Shown: positions 52,105-64,000 of the stretch, in pieces
Layout: each line of letters opens with the position of its first letter
How positions within the stretch are numbered: position 1 is the first letter of the stretch
NCBI GenBank assembly: GCA_965235115.1
Contig: OZ249436.1
Span: 55,058,001-55,122,000 of the forward strand
DNA: 64,000 bases
Direction of reading: 5' to 3'
Source: Laetmonice hystrix
Lineage: Eukaryota
Position numbers and translations under genes: made by a program
The notes under the pieces: generated by a model
Seen by the model: the letters and a program-made list of their open reading frames with translations, nothing else
Databases searched by the model: none
What the model was told of the DNA's origin: nothing

Positions 52105-52299
52105 GCGCGCAACGCTGAAGCTCTCCAATTCTTGAAGCTCTCCTCTTCTTGGGTGGCTGCTGGGTAGAATTCTCCTGATTGCCGGATCTAAGGTATAATC
52201 CTCCTTGTAGTAACTACAATATCCCCTGTTTTGTAGGAGCTACAGTAAAGCCCTCCTCATTGTAAGGACTATAATATAATTCTGTGTGTACACTGGGCG

Positions 52300-53400
52300 A
52301 TTGTTTCCCAGATCGTATCTCTCACGGCCATGTCTGGCTGTCTTGATGAGTAAAAAGGAATCGTTAGGGGATTCAGGATGCTGAACGATCTCTACTGATC
52401 ATAGATCGCAATATGAAGTCAAAGCGTTTCCATATGATGGACAACCTCAGCAAATATTTCTTCAAAAACGTCAACGAGCAGATTTGATGTCAATAGGAAA
52501 TGATTGATCACTGCACACATCACCATGTCACCATCTCCACGAGTTAGGATTTTTCTGCCCGGTTTGTCCTGGAAACGCAGCGGGCTAATTCTTGCAGCAT
52601 CGTCTGTCACGTCAAAATCTCAGGCGAACTTTCCATATCCAATACTGCCTTCATTCTCCGTTAATCCAAGTATCCAGCCAGGATGTCACCGTGGTTGTTA
52701 CAACCCACACGATTTGTCACTCTTTCTATAAACTATTCATCATCCTTTTCGCCAGTCACTTCAGCTACGCCTGCCTCATTCACAAGGCAATACCGTGCAA
52801 TGACCGCCTTGATAGGGCGCGGGGGTGCGGCCAGCCTGGCGTCATGTAGAGTCCTTGCAATGAGCTGATACGAACCCACGTCAAACCCATGGGGGTCTGA
52901 GAATATGAGGTTAGTTGACAAATGTTCTCCCTCCCAAGACAACACTAAATGTGACGATCCTACTGGCAATGACGTCGAGCGATCCCACTGATTACCTGTC
53001 AGTTGATGTCCTGTTCAGACACACACTATACACACACCACATCTGGGCGTGTCTGCCTACAGTTTTACCTGAGACTCCCATCGATACTTTGATCATCTCA
53101 ACCTTTTTTCCAGCCACTTGATGTTTTGTACTGCGACGATATGAAGACATGCGTGCTGCAATTACCACTTCCTGTGTTGGTCTGCATTGGTGTATGTCTT
53201 CTCGGGTGATTCTCGCTGCGTCCCGTGCACGTTTCATCACATAACTTTTGATCAATGCTCGTCCTAAGTCCGCGGTGTCCATTACCATATGCTCTCCTCA
53301 TCATGGCAGACCGTGCTGTCGACTGATGGGGGAGGTTGATCAGGTCTTTGGTCCTGATCCAGGGATCGATATCTGTGGGACGTTTAATGAGCTTAATGTT
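52300..53400 (-). mobile_element. Decayed Academ-like DNA transposase coding remnant
   Basis: Frameshifted and stop-interrupted minus-strand translations give, in order: ALIKSYVMKRARDAARIT, HAQMWCVY, WEGEHLST, DE*FIERVTNR, GWILGLTENEGSI, DIKS/LVDVFEEI. These resemble, from memory, colinear motifs of invertebrate Academ transposase-type proteins (KASHVxRxRxAHQVT, FWxxY, WxLHL, DQxxEQxxN, GGxxGLTEN, DVKSLVxVxEE). Not verified by alignment. Confidence 0.5.
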
Positions 53401-56400
53401 CCATTACACCTGAAACTTTAACAGCAAGGCTCAGTACCGTTTACACGCGCCAAGCCGAGCAGGTATGACCACAATCAACCACACCTATGTTATTACATAA
53501 CGATTATGTTATGTACCAATGGACATGGTGTTAAAGGTTCGTTGTGTATCCTGTGCTCTTCAGTGCAATCTGTAGAAATGTCTTCAAGGTCAACAGATCC
53601 GCGCCACACAAGTTCTTTAATGGTTTCCGTTATGAAGAATTGAGAAATGGTTTGATGAAATTTAGAAGTCAGCTGTATTTAATCCATGCGGCTGTTCTGT
53701 AACCGTTATGGAGCACAGCCAGCCAGCCAGCCCGCGAGCCTGCTGCTGTTCCTGTACGGCTGGTTGTAGTGTGTTCAGTCAGCCATCAAACAACCATCAA
53801 CTGTTCCACGGTCCTTCCTCCTTCTGCCGGCTGCGTGAAGAGCGAGAGAGAGAGAGTGTATTCACGGACGGCCTGTCGTCTCTGAGCTCCTCCCGGCGGC
53901 GGTGGCGGCTGCTCGCCCTGCTCCCCGCCTTCCCGAACTACCTCCTCCGTCTGGTTCTGGCTTTCATCTAAACGCTATCCAGACGGCGGCCGCATCACCG
54001 TTAGGCCTAACTACCCTACACACCTATAGCTCACCCTCCAAATACACAGTGGGGTGGCAAGGGGGTGGGGCGATATTCTGCTGGCGCCGAGCGATTCCTG
54101 TGATGCGGTAAAATCAATTAAAATGTCTTTTCGGTAATATAGCGGCATGGTGCTGTGTTGCCATGGATCGGACTGGTTTCAACAATTTCATGACGTCAAA
54201 GCCTAGTGGGCAGCACGAGTTGTGGGAAGAATGGGATCAACCAGTCCAGCATTCTCCCTGTTTTTTTTATATATTTTTTTAAACGTTACCACTTAGTACA
54301 ATATCCAGTCGCCGCAGACAACTGGCAGGCCGAGCATGTAACAAGGTGCGACAAGGTCCGTGCCGCCCACTTCAGTTTTTCGTATGCTTTTGATTTAACT
54401 ATACTAGTACGAACTCCTCTTTCCGTCCCGTCTCCCATACAATCCTGCACATTCCAGCACCCTAGTGTAACGATAAAGACACGGACATGTAGGACATTTC
54501 GCACACTTTCATGACGGTTCGGTTTTTCTCAAACGTTGCTCATTCATGACCTTCACAACCGCTGTTTTTCTTTTCAACCAATGGGAAAGATAACAAAAAC
54601 AATCCAATGTATAAAATCACACCGGATTGTACCAGATTCATTTTGGACAGTTACTACACCGGTGTGTGTGGCACAGCCTGTCGTTGCGTCCAAGACCTAT
54701 TTATCAATGGATTTACTAGTATCTCCAGAGCCTACATAAATCCTCTGGTTGCAGCTGAATGGTCTCTGGCCGAAGAGAAGTTAGGGCCATCCATCTGTGA
54801 AACACGAGGACATTGGCAGTAAGGTCCCCAGCTGTCTATCTTCGTACTACAGCTGGCTTTCATAGTTCAGGTGCACAGGCTCTCCGCGTGCCTCATGTAT
54901 CAGTCACAGCCGCTCCACACTGCCATTCAGCCATTGGGTGGAGTCTTATGTAACGGTCACACACGGAGAGTAGTCTGCATGAAGACGCGTGTAAATGTCA
55001 CACACGGGCCTGTGTAACGATGACACACAGACAGTTGCCAATAATCTTATGTAACGGTCACATGCAGACTTTCAAGGCGGAGTCGTCTGTAACGGTCACA
55101 GTCAGTGGAGTAGTGTTGTAACGGTCACACACGGACGCTGGGTGTCCATCGAGTGGCCAGCTAACGGACGCTCGGTTGTCTGTAACGTTACTGAGTGATC
55201 CTCCAGCCCGAATGATCCTGGAGAACATGGCCCTGTGCTGCTCGTGTCGACACGCCTCCTCCATGGGTACCCACCCCTTCAGGACTGACGACATTTAACA
55301 ACTCCACACCGCCAAACAAATGTGACTGAAGTAGTTCCTCCCTAAGTAGCGATAATTATCCAGGCCCAGCGTTGTCTGCCCGCGCATGCTGTCTTTAGCC
55401 ACGTTCGTTAAGTTAAACCTCTTAGCGAACAAAAAAAACCCCGACAAGTAGACTTGTCCAGCAGGAGTGTGGTCTTCCCGCTGTCACCGCAGTGTGTCGC
55501 TGAAAATCATATTTCCACAATGCTGCGCCAACTTCGTGATTAAAGATCCAGATTCTTCTTTAACGAGCTCTGTCACGTCGCCACACAATGGCGACATAGA
55601 CCATCTTTTCGGCTCACCTTACCCAAGTGTTGTTTAACACAGTCGCCGCCTTGTCAAGACGCTAAACTCCACACATGTTCCTTGTACGCCCACACGCATA
55701 CAGAGAGTTGACTTTCTCTGCCCGAAACGGTGACACGTAACGTTAAACCACCATCCCAATGGCGTCCTTGGTTAGTCACCATTCACGATCATTCACGATG
55801 TCCAACCGTTCACAGGTGGGCTGCCTATGACCGCTCCCAACACCATGCAGGTCTGTCCGCCGATTATGCCGTCCCTTCCTCTCATCGCGGGGGGTCCCGA
55901 CCACCCGCAAGTGGCCGCTACTTTCTCTATCCCACGTAGCAATATCCTAATGGCCAACCAATCACATAATGTGATATTATATGACACCCAATGGTATAAT
56001 CTTATCACCCGGAGATATAATCCCTGCCGACCCAGCCCGCCAACCAATGCCAGCCTAGAGAAGCTAATCCTACGACAATCGTCTCCATTACGCACCAGTC
56101 CATTGACTTAGCTCTGTCTGTCTTGAATGCAGCGTCTGGCTTCATGACTGACAATGGGAACAGCCTGACTGCCTTGGGGTGAAGCCGGGTCTGTTAGAAG
56201 GAGACCGCGCCGAGGTGTATGTGGATGGGTGAGCGGGTACCCGGGGGTATGGGGGGGGGGGGTACCGGGGGGCATGGCAGCTACGTTCGCCTGACCAGAC
56301 TTGGGCTCCATTGGTATCTCTGTATTACACCAGATAAGGGCAGCCCCCTGTACTATACACTTGACAACCATGTCCAGGAAACCCGTCAGTCTAGTCACAG

Positions 56401-56441
56401 TCATAATATCTGGGAATCTATGCTTGTTTCTGATAATCGCT

Positions 56442-56747
56442 CCAAACCGGCCTAGAATCAGAACTCCCTGAACAAGAGAATCGTACGTGCCCCAAACCGG
56501 CCTAGAATCAGAACTCCCTGAACAAGAGAATCGTACGTGCCCCAAACCGGCCTAGAATCAGAACTCCCTGAACAAGAGAATCGTACGTGCCCCAAACCGG
56601 CCTAGAATCAGAACTCCCTGAACAAGAGAATCGTACGTGCCCCAAACCGGCCTAGAATCAGAACTCCCTGAACAAGAGAATCGTACGTGCCCCAAACCGG
56701 CCTAGAATCAGAACTCCCTGAACAAGAGAATCGTACGTGCCCCAAAC
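56442..56747. repeat. Perfect 50-bp minisatellite, 6 copies
   Basis: Unit ccaaaccggcctagaatcagaactccctgaacaagagaatcgtacgtgcc. Confidence 0.98.
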
Positions 56748-57024
56748 GTCCATATATTCATTATCCTATGGGGAAGGCGCCAGTCACGATGCAGACACCT
56801 AAATCCTAGGCAGTCTCGCCAGTGGAAGATTCTTTTCGAATGGTCAGACCCGCTGACAGCGGCGAGCGGATGCTTGCTGAACGGATGTTCGCTCATAAAC
56901 TTTAGCCTTGTCCGGAGCTCCCCGTCGGAAGAACTCTCTGGAGTGCAGGAGCCCCAGACCCCGGTCACGACTGCCCACAGGCCGAGGCGAACCACGAAAA
57001 ATTAAACATGGGACTACCGGAAGG

Positions 57025-57218
57025 CCGGTGTACTATGAAATATTGCCGCCTATGAAATATTGCAGTCATGAAATAGCCTAGTACTGCAATATTCCACGAA
57101 CTGCAATATTTCATAGCCTATAGCTATGGAATAATGCAGTCTATGAAATATAGTAGTCATGAAATATTGCAGAACGAAGCGCAATATTTCATGACTGCAA
57201 CATTTCATGGCACATCTG
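57025..57218. mobile_element. MITE built from direct and inverted ATGAAATATTGC repeats
   Basis: Starts ccggtgtactatgaaatattgc and ends gcaacatttcatggcacatctg. About 10 motif copies occur in both orientations. Confidence 0.7.
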
Positions 57219-58548
57219 TACACCCAATGACATGGGGACCATCTCACAAGTATAATATCACTACGTCCATGTCAATGACACTGGTCTCAATTTACGGTGA
57301 ATGATGTAAGAAAATGTGAAACTGACTGGCGTATACCTGGAGAGGGGGTCCGTGATTTTGTAAGGGGAGGGTTCCAGCGGGGATCTGGCAAAGCATTCGG
57401 GCATCCTCGGTCATATCTTTGAAAGTAGCCTCGGGTGAAATAGGCGCCATTTTGAGCATTGCATCGCTGGTACATTTAGCCGAGACTCTCGCCAGCATGG
57501 CAGTGCTTGCAGTATTTTGCCTGCATCAGGCATGGAAGCAACTAAAATAGGCCTTCAGTGCTTTCCCCAAAGTCAGTGGGCAATATTACGATAGTATCAT
57601 GTTGATGGTACAAGTAGTCGTACCATGACTTTTGTGTCGTGTTGTTGTCGTTCATGGGCGCGGCCATATTGCTTCCCATAATTTGATAAATTACCGTATC
57701 ACGCCCATTTAGGTAAATTAGGTATAATTTATTTTTTTCAGTTCAGACGTTCCCCTTCATACCACAAATATATATTTGCACATACGATGCCAAGAAGCAG
57801 GTTTCAATAATGCACTACTTTCTGGCTCGATGGGATATGACGGTTCACTCAGTGCCTCGCTACACAGGTCGATTTCGCCATGTATCTGGTTGCCAATGGC
57901 GCCCATTTCACCCGAGGGTATATGCAGAAATAACGTCATATGCCCGAGCGAATCCCGAATGCTGGCAAGGGGGGCAACGTCTTTTAACCCCCTATAACCA
58001 TTGTCTCTTGTTTTTACCCCCTGCAGTCGTCTTTTTAACGTATTCCCCTGCGAAATGGAAGCAGCAGCATCCACATTCATGAGAGATTTCTCAAAAATAT
58101 TATTCCCAATATGCACGGCAATATTCGCCCTCCCGTTCTAACCAACCAACCTCAGTCTAAACCAGGCATTCTGGCACAGCTCTCCGCTAGTCAGCGATGA
58201 CTTCTAGTTCGCAACACGAGCACGGCCCCCACCCACGTCTTCAGCCTTACCTTGATGATGCATTCCAGAACAGCATCACGTGACCTCAGGTGAGAACGTC
58301 TCGCATTTTTCACCAGATAATCTCAGAATTGGATGAGGAACTCCCACCACGGGAAAGAATCTGCATGCGAGTGACGTAGGCAGGATTGGTTTTTATATGA
58401 CGTATATAGAATTTCTGTCATCCATTGCATTTAATATAATCCGTAGCTCTACTCTGGTTAGAATGTATATTCGTGATGGCAAGATATAGGACTGGCCTAA
58501 CGATTCCATATAGGCCTACCAGGAGGTAAACGGCTGTTATCTATGGGC

Positions 58549-58604
<56 letters not shown>

Positions 58605-58627
58605 CCCAGCCAGCCAGCCACCCAGCC
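58549..58627. repeat. (CCAG)n microsatellite
   Basis: Directly visible. Confidence 0.97.
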
Positions 58628-61600
58628 TGTCTAGATTATGAATATTACTTCTCCTCGAGGCCTTTGAATTATACTATTCTATACCAGTTGTAAATTAACG
58701 TTAATATGCTTCATAATAGAAAGACCTAGCTGGCTGCTGGTGTATGATAGCTCAATACTCCCATGTCGAGACGCCAATAGATCGACTGCCTGTAAAAATC
58801 CATCGTCGCCTTTGGCTTTCTCTTGTTTTAACGGATTTCTATTAAAGTACGGCAATATACGAAATAATGGGGTTCGCAGATAATGAACAGTACAACCTAT
58901 CAGGATGATGAATGAAGTTCCCCTTAATATTCTTAACGATAATGATTCACTCATGTGAGGGCGGGGGGTCATTTCTATCTTGAGAGTATATTATCTACTC
59001 TAAAGGGTGGAACACCGAACTGTGGAAAAAAACACAAGTGTGGGAATTCAATATTCGACCATCACTAATCTTTCTCGGGGCATGAAGGCCAGTCATGTGC
59101 ACGCCGACGCAAGTGGCAAAAGGTAGACTGTATTTTTGTTCTAGAATAGCTCGGACCTGTCTGCAGTCTTCAGTGCAGTCTCCAAGGGCACTGGCCGTAT
59201 TTCTAAGCAGAGGTCATATCGCCCACACAGCCGCTTGGCCCGTGGTCCCTTTAAGGCATTCCTTGGTTTCTCATCTCGGCTTGGTACGATAAAATTCTTA
59301 CTTATAAGTGATAGAATAATTAAAGGAACAAGATCAAACGATTGCATGTTCACATTCTTCATTCCTTTAATAACAATACATTCAATTTCTGTTTGCTCAA
59401 AGGCTGGTTCAAATGCATCATGGTTCTGTTTTCAGAAATGCACGAAGTTCCCATAGCTTGCATGTCGACAATGATGAGTTGGACTGACCGACGATCCCAT
59501 CGGTGCCAGGACTCTGCAGTGATGCAGTGCTAAGCAGATCTCTGCTCGGAGGTTAAGACGCCCAGGCACTAAGGACCTAATACCTGGGGGTAAACTACTC
59601 GTGTCCTGACACGAGGCTTCGCCCAACTATAACGAGCCTCGACATGACCGGATCTATAATATCGTACAGTCAGTGTCTATATCTCAAACTTGGTTGATGC
59701 TCTCCAATATGTGCATATTTTATCGGAATACACAAAACTCGGGGCTGGTTTTCACTCCTGCTCTGCAGCAATTTCTACAGGAGAAGCATCTGGCTGAACC
59801 ACGTCGTGCCCGATGAAAACGACGTCAGGGATATAAAAAAACGTTCAGGTTTAGAAATGTAGCTCAATATAATACGTGGTAGGTTTATAATGTTGGTCCC
59901 AGTTAGTATTGGTAGTATCTGCCTACAGTTTCACTTTCTCCAAAACTTGTTCGACGGTGACGTTTTTAATACATGTATTCTTTAAAGTTCCTTGACACCC
60001 ACAAACAATTGTTTGACAGCTTTCAGTGTTGGTCATGTCCTTTATATTTGACACTGGGTCGACTGACCAAAGCTTTCGTGCCGTCACCTATTGGACAGAA
60101 AGTACGCGGTAATTGCACTTTCTTGCCAGCGTTGTTTTCTGGTTAATGGGCAAAGGCATGCAACTGGCCATTGGAAGTTAACAACATGACACCTGCTGCT
60201 ACTTCACTGTCCTGGTTCGATATCTTATGCTTATCGTACCTTCTAAAAATACAGCTTTGGAGGTAAAGACTGGAATGTGGGAACTAAACATAATATAGCT
60301 GATTCTTCTCTCATCTTTACTTTTAGTTCCATTAAGTTTTCCTCTCTTTTTCTAATGATGCAAACCAAGAAGAAAGTTAAAACTTCCTATGCTTCCTCAG
60401 AGCAATGTGTCTTGTTTGAAAGTGTTATGCTCTGTAACTTCTCCTTGTTCGGCTTGAATCAGCCCTTTGATAGGTACAGTTATTAGAGGACCTGGACGTC
60501 CAAATTACTAACGTTGGTATCTATCTTGTCCGTGAATTTCTCGAGAGGCCATTTAGCCTACTAGTCGATGAAAGGTTTTCTGAAAACGTAAGGATGAGGT
60601 CAGACTGACGGAGTGGGTCGACCATAGGCGATCACTTTGTAAATTAACACCATCCACTCTCCTTTACAGCCACAACAACCTGAACGTGCACCTCCCAGCA
60701 CCTTTCAAAATTTACACTTAATTTACTACATCACAGGTGTCCAATATTAACAGGAAATGCAGGCACAGTAACTTCCCCAGGTCCGTCAATATGGAGGCAT
60801 GAATGATGAAATAGCACTCACGGCCGTACATACAACCCGAGTTCAGACGAATTTACATATAGACAACTTCTGAAACCTTACCAGTAATTTTAAAGTGCTC
60901 TCTTGAGAAAGGCACACGAACAATCTACGACTCCATCTATCGTCTTAGAGGACGGCTTCAAGAAGGCGTCCCTTGCCTTGGCAGAGTAATTGATTCTCTC
61001 TATTATTACTAGCCCTCGTGTACCGAGTGATCAGAAGAAAACTATCTATATATATTCTGCTATCCATGCATTAAGGACAGAACTTGAGAAGCAGTCGTCT
61101 GTCGTAGAAGGTAAATTGGAGTATCGGAGACATTTTACATTGTCAGTTTTAACTGATGTTCCCTTTGAACGTCACTGTGAGATGGGACTGTCTTCTACCA
61201 TCTACCTCCTCATAATGGAGGAATCCAACAATTTATCATTACTACGTCTGGTTAGAATCACACTGCTCTTGACTTTTCAACGTATACGAAACTAATGTAT
61301 TATCGATTCGCAGTCACCAACTTTCTTCTCATATCTTCTACATATTGACATGCTTAATTTATTATATGTCGACCGACAGTATCATTTCTTAAGAGATCTG
61401 AAGATTTGAATGGACGGCTTCATACACAATCTGTATTCTTTCGGGGGAGGGGAGTTTACAAATTTGTCAGTTTTCAGCGGTGTACCTATTTTGACATTGA
61501 GTTTCATCCCAGCAGCAATTTCAGTTTCAATTTCATGCCTAACAGTTCGCTTTTTTTCGGCCGGGTTCCAATCAACGCCAGACTCTATTTGCCAGATGAG

Positions 61601-62013
61601 ATACGTCACATGACTTCAATCACTACAAACTCATTAGCATTAAGGGTACGATGGGGATTCTACATGACATAACATGATAGGCTTATTACAAATCACTGAC
61701 TTCTAAAAGTATAAAATAATTGTTAAATGCCCACCGACCCAGTGGTCTCACTTCACTCAACCTGAAAGTCGTGTAAGACCACAAACAGTTTTTAATTCCG
61801 ACATATATAAAGTTATTCAAGGCCTATTGTTACCAACATATACACAGAGCTCCCAACATTTGGACTTCAGAATTCAGAGTTAATTCGATAGGCGTTAGCA
61901 ATGTGTCGCGGTGCGGTATGATGGGACAAAAACAATGTGAATTCCCCCAGTGATTATACACAGCAGCCTACAAATTAAATATATGTTTTTTTTTTCAAAT
62001 TTACTAGGCCAAG

Positions 62014-62163
62014 GACATTTGTACTACGGTTCTGTGTATGCCAGTGGACATAGGCTAGATTGTAGGTATATACTCACCAAGTACTGAGGTGACATTTGTA
62101 CTACGGTTCTGTTGTATGCCAGTGGACATAGGCTAGATTGTAGGTATATCACCAAGTACTGAG
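62014..62163. repeat. 77-bp period tandem duplication, 2 copies
   Basis: gacatttgtactacggttctg...taggctagattgtaggtatat...caccaagtactgag occurs at 62014 and 62091. Confidence 0.93.
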
Positions 62164-64000
62164 ATGGCTTTACTCTCACAATGATCAATGATATTCATGT
62201 GTGAATTTTGAGACAGAAAAAAAACAACAGATCTGCGGAAAAATAAGAGGGGGCGTAAAAGCGGGAAAGGAGTAAAAAAAAATCGGAACATTTCCGCAAA
62301 ATTCGGAAGGGTTGGTAGGTCTGCATACATTGCATCATAAAGTGGCATGAACTTCCAACCCTGCTATACATAGAATACGTCACAGAAATACGGGAAACAT
62401 GACATAGAACCAAATTGAATGTTTACTATCCTGTCCGGACATGTCGCCAGAAGATGGACCGATGGCAGGACAGCTGGGATGGCTCGATCTACGAGGTGAG
62501 CGTGGTCCATGTACGGCCGCCGTGGTTAGGGCTGGACCATTGGATACCCAGGGGACGAGGACATGTTTTTTTCTCTGAGGTTGTTCACCAGATGGTGCAA
62601 AACAAGTTTGTTCTCACCATAATGATAAAAAATAAAAATGTACAAATGGAAAATATTCTTGTTTGGCTCTGGAAATAACAAAAAAATGTTTGCAGAGGAA
62701 ACAAACATAGCCATCCTCCCTCTGTCTATCAAATAGTCCCGTTTATTGGGGGCGGCGGACTCGTCCCTAACAATATAACACTGACTGTCCAATAGCGTAG
62801 CTCCCCTCTATAATCCCATCGGTGACGCTCCCTGACGCCGGTTCCTGTCATCCTGACTTTGTTAGTCTCTCTCCTCCCTAACTCATGATAACGAAAAGTA
62901 GGTGAACAACTTAATGACTGCTGCCTACAATAACGTTACTGGTGCCTTCCACACCAATCTGTTGAGAGAATATGTTTGGGCACGGTTGCTGCGGTGCAGA
63001 CTCACAGAGTTCATCTTCTCCGTGTGTGGGTGCGTGGGTGGCTGTCAGACCGCATGGCACGTTTAAGACGACGGCTTGTGGGAGACAAAAGCAGTTTCCG
63101 TGAATTTTCAAAATGTCCTTCCACATGGCTGAGGCCTATCGGTTACTACTTATCTCCGTTAATTCCCTTCCTTGTGAAATATTATTAATATGGTAAAGAT
63201 AAAGCTATACATGATTACAAGAACATAATGAGGGTAGAATAAACACATGGTAGGCTATATAAAAGACAGGATTAGAAAGACGTTGTATATCTCTACAATC
63301 ACGCAATGTTTTTGTTGAATTATGTACATGAAAGAAATGTTTCAGATCTCCAATTTGAAATTAGTTTCCGGGTCCGGTTTCCCTTGCCCCCCCCCCCCCC
63401 AAAAAAAAGAAAGTATTAAAAAATCCTCGGATACTCTTCTCGGCAGCATGATTAGGATGGACGATTGACTCCACAGTCTGGTGCTCGCTTCAGTTCACGG
63501 AGTCAGCGAAGTAAGCGTAAGAGCATTGAGTTTGAGAGATGTGGGGGTGAGACAGTGCACAATCAGCTGATTGAAATGTCAGGTCGGATCCCTGGATACA
63601 ACCCTGTTCTGATTCCACCTTGACATCATCTATACTCACTGGCTGTGTTCATTGTAATCACAGATCACAGGTACCAACTCTGTGAGGACAAAGACTAGAA
63701 CAGATTGAGCCACAACGTGCAATGAACACCCCGGGTGTTTAATGTCAAAGATTTGTCTAATATATATGGCTTTTAAAAGGTAATCTTATATTACCAATCT
63801 ATAACCTCCGACAAAATTTAATAGGGGATTATTTTCTAATCTCAGAGCTATTGCCTTTCAAACGAACGTGCGGGGTTTGCCTAATGGATTATTATCATAC
63901 TGGCAGGGAAAACATCAAGACATATGTTGCTGGTGTGTCGAATAACAACATCCTAAAGGAAATGAATGGTTGGCGGGTCTGACAGAGGACATGAAGTCCT

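Noticed and set aside
55455..55495. GDSGKTTLL on the minus strand as a Walker A motif
   Set aside because: It lacks the first Gly of GxxxxGKT and has no surrounding open frame.
36271..56747. Regular 50-bp arrays (36271, 56442) as CRISPR
   Set aside because: They are head-to-tail repeats with no unique spacers, no cas genes, and a eukaryotic context.
57327..57498. ATG-initiated candidate exon MLARVSAK...PLQ|GTATAC
   Set aside because: It ends in phase 0 (incompatible with exon 20159) and overlaps a repeated, inverted segment.
62444..62500. Plus-strand mini-exon MDRWQDSWDGSIYE|GTGAGC
   Set aside because: It is very short and no partner exon is identifiable in the remaining 1.5 kb.

Overview
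Eukaryotic DNA that looks like a metazoan invertebrate (taxon inferred from repeat types only). It is mostly non-coding and repeat-rich, with no prokaryotic operon, rRNA, intact tRNA or CRISPR array. The best-supported coding signal is the 5' part of a large minus-strand gene. Two candidate alternative first coding exons (51619-51468 and 22864-22629) both end in phase 2 and splice in frame to a shared exon (20159-20002). A further candidate exon (41690-41602) has the same phase 2->1 pattern as that shared exon. The encoded peptide is low-complexity and Ser-rich with RRxS motifs, and cannot be named from this window. The introns hold decayed DNA-transposon coding remnants (Academ-like, possibly pogo-like), many MITE/fold-back elements, SINE 3' tails, 20-77 bp minisatellites and microsatellites. 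TA-NNNN-TA palindromic octamers, especially TAGGCCTA, are in clear excess. Almost all ORFs in the six-frame track are judged spurious.
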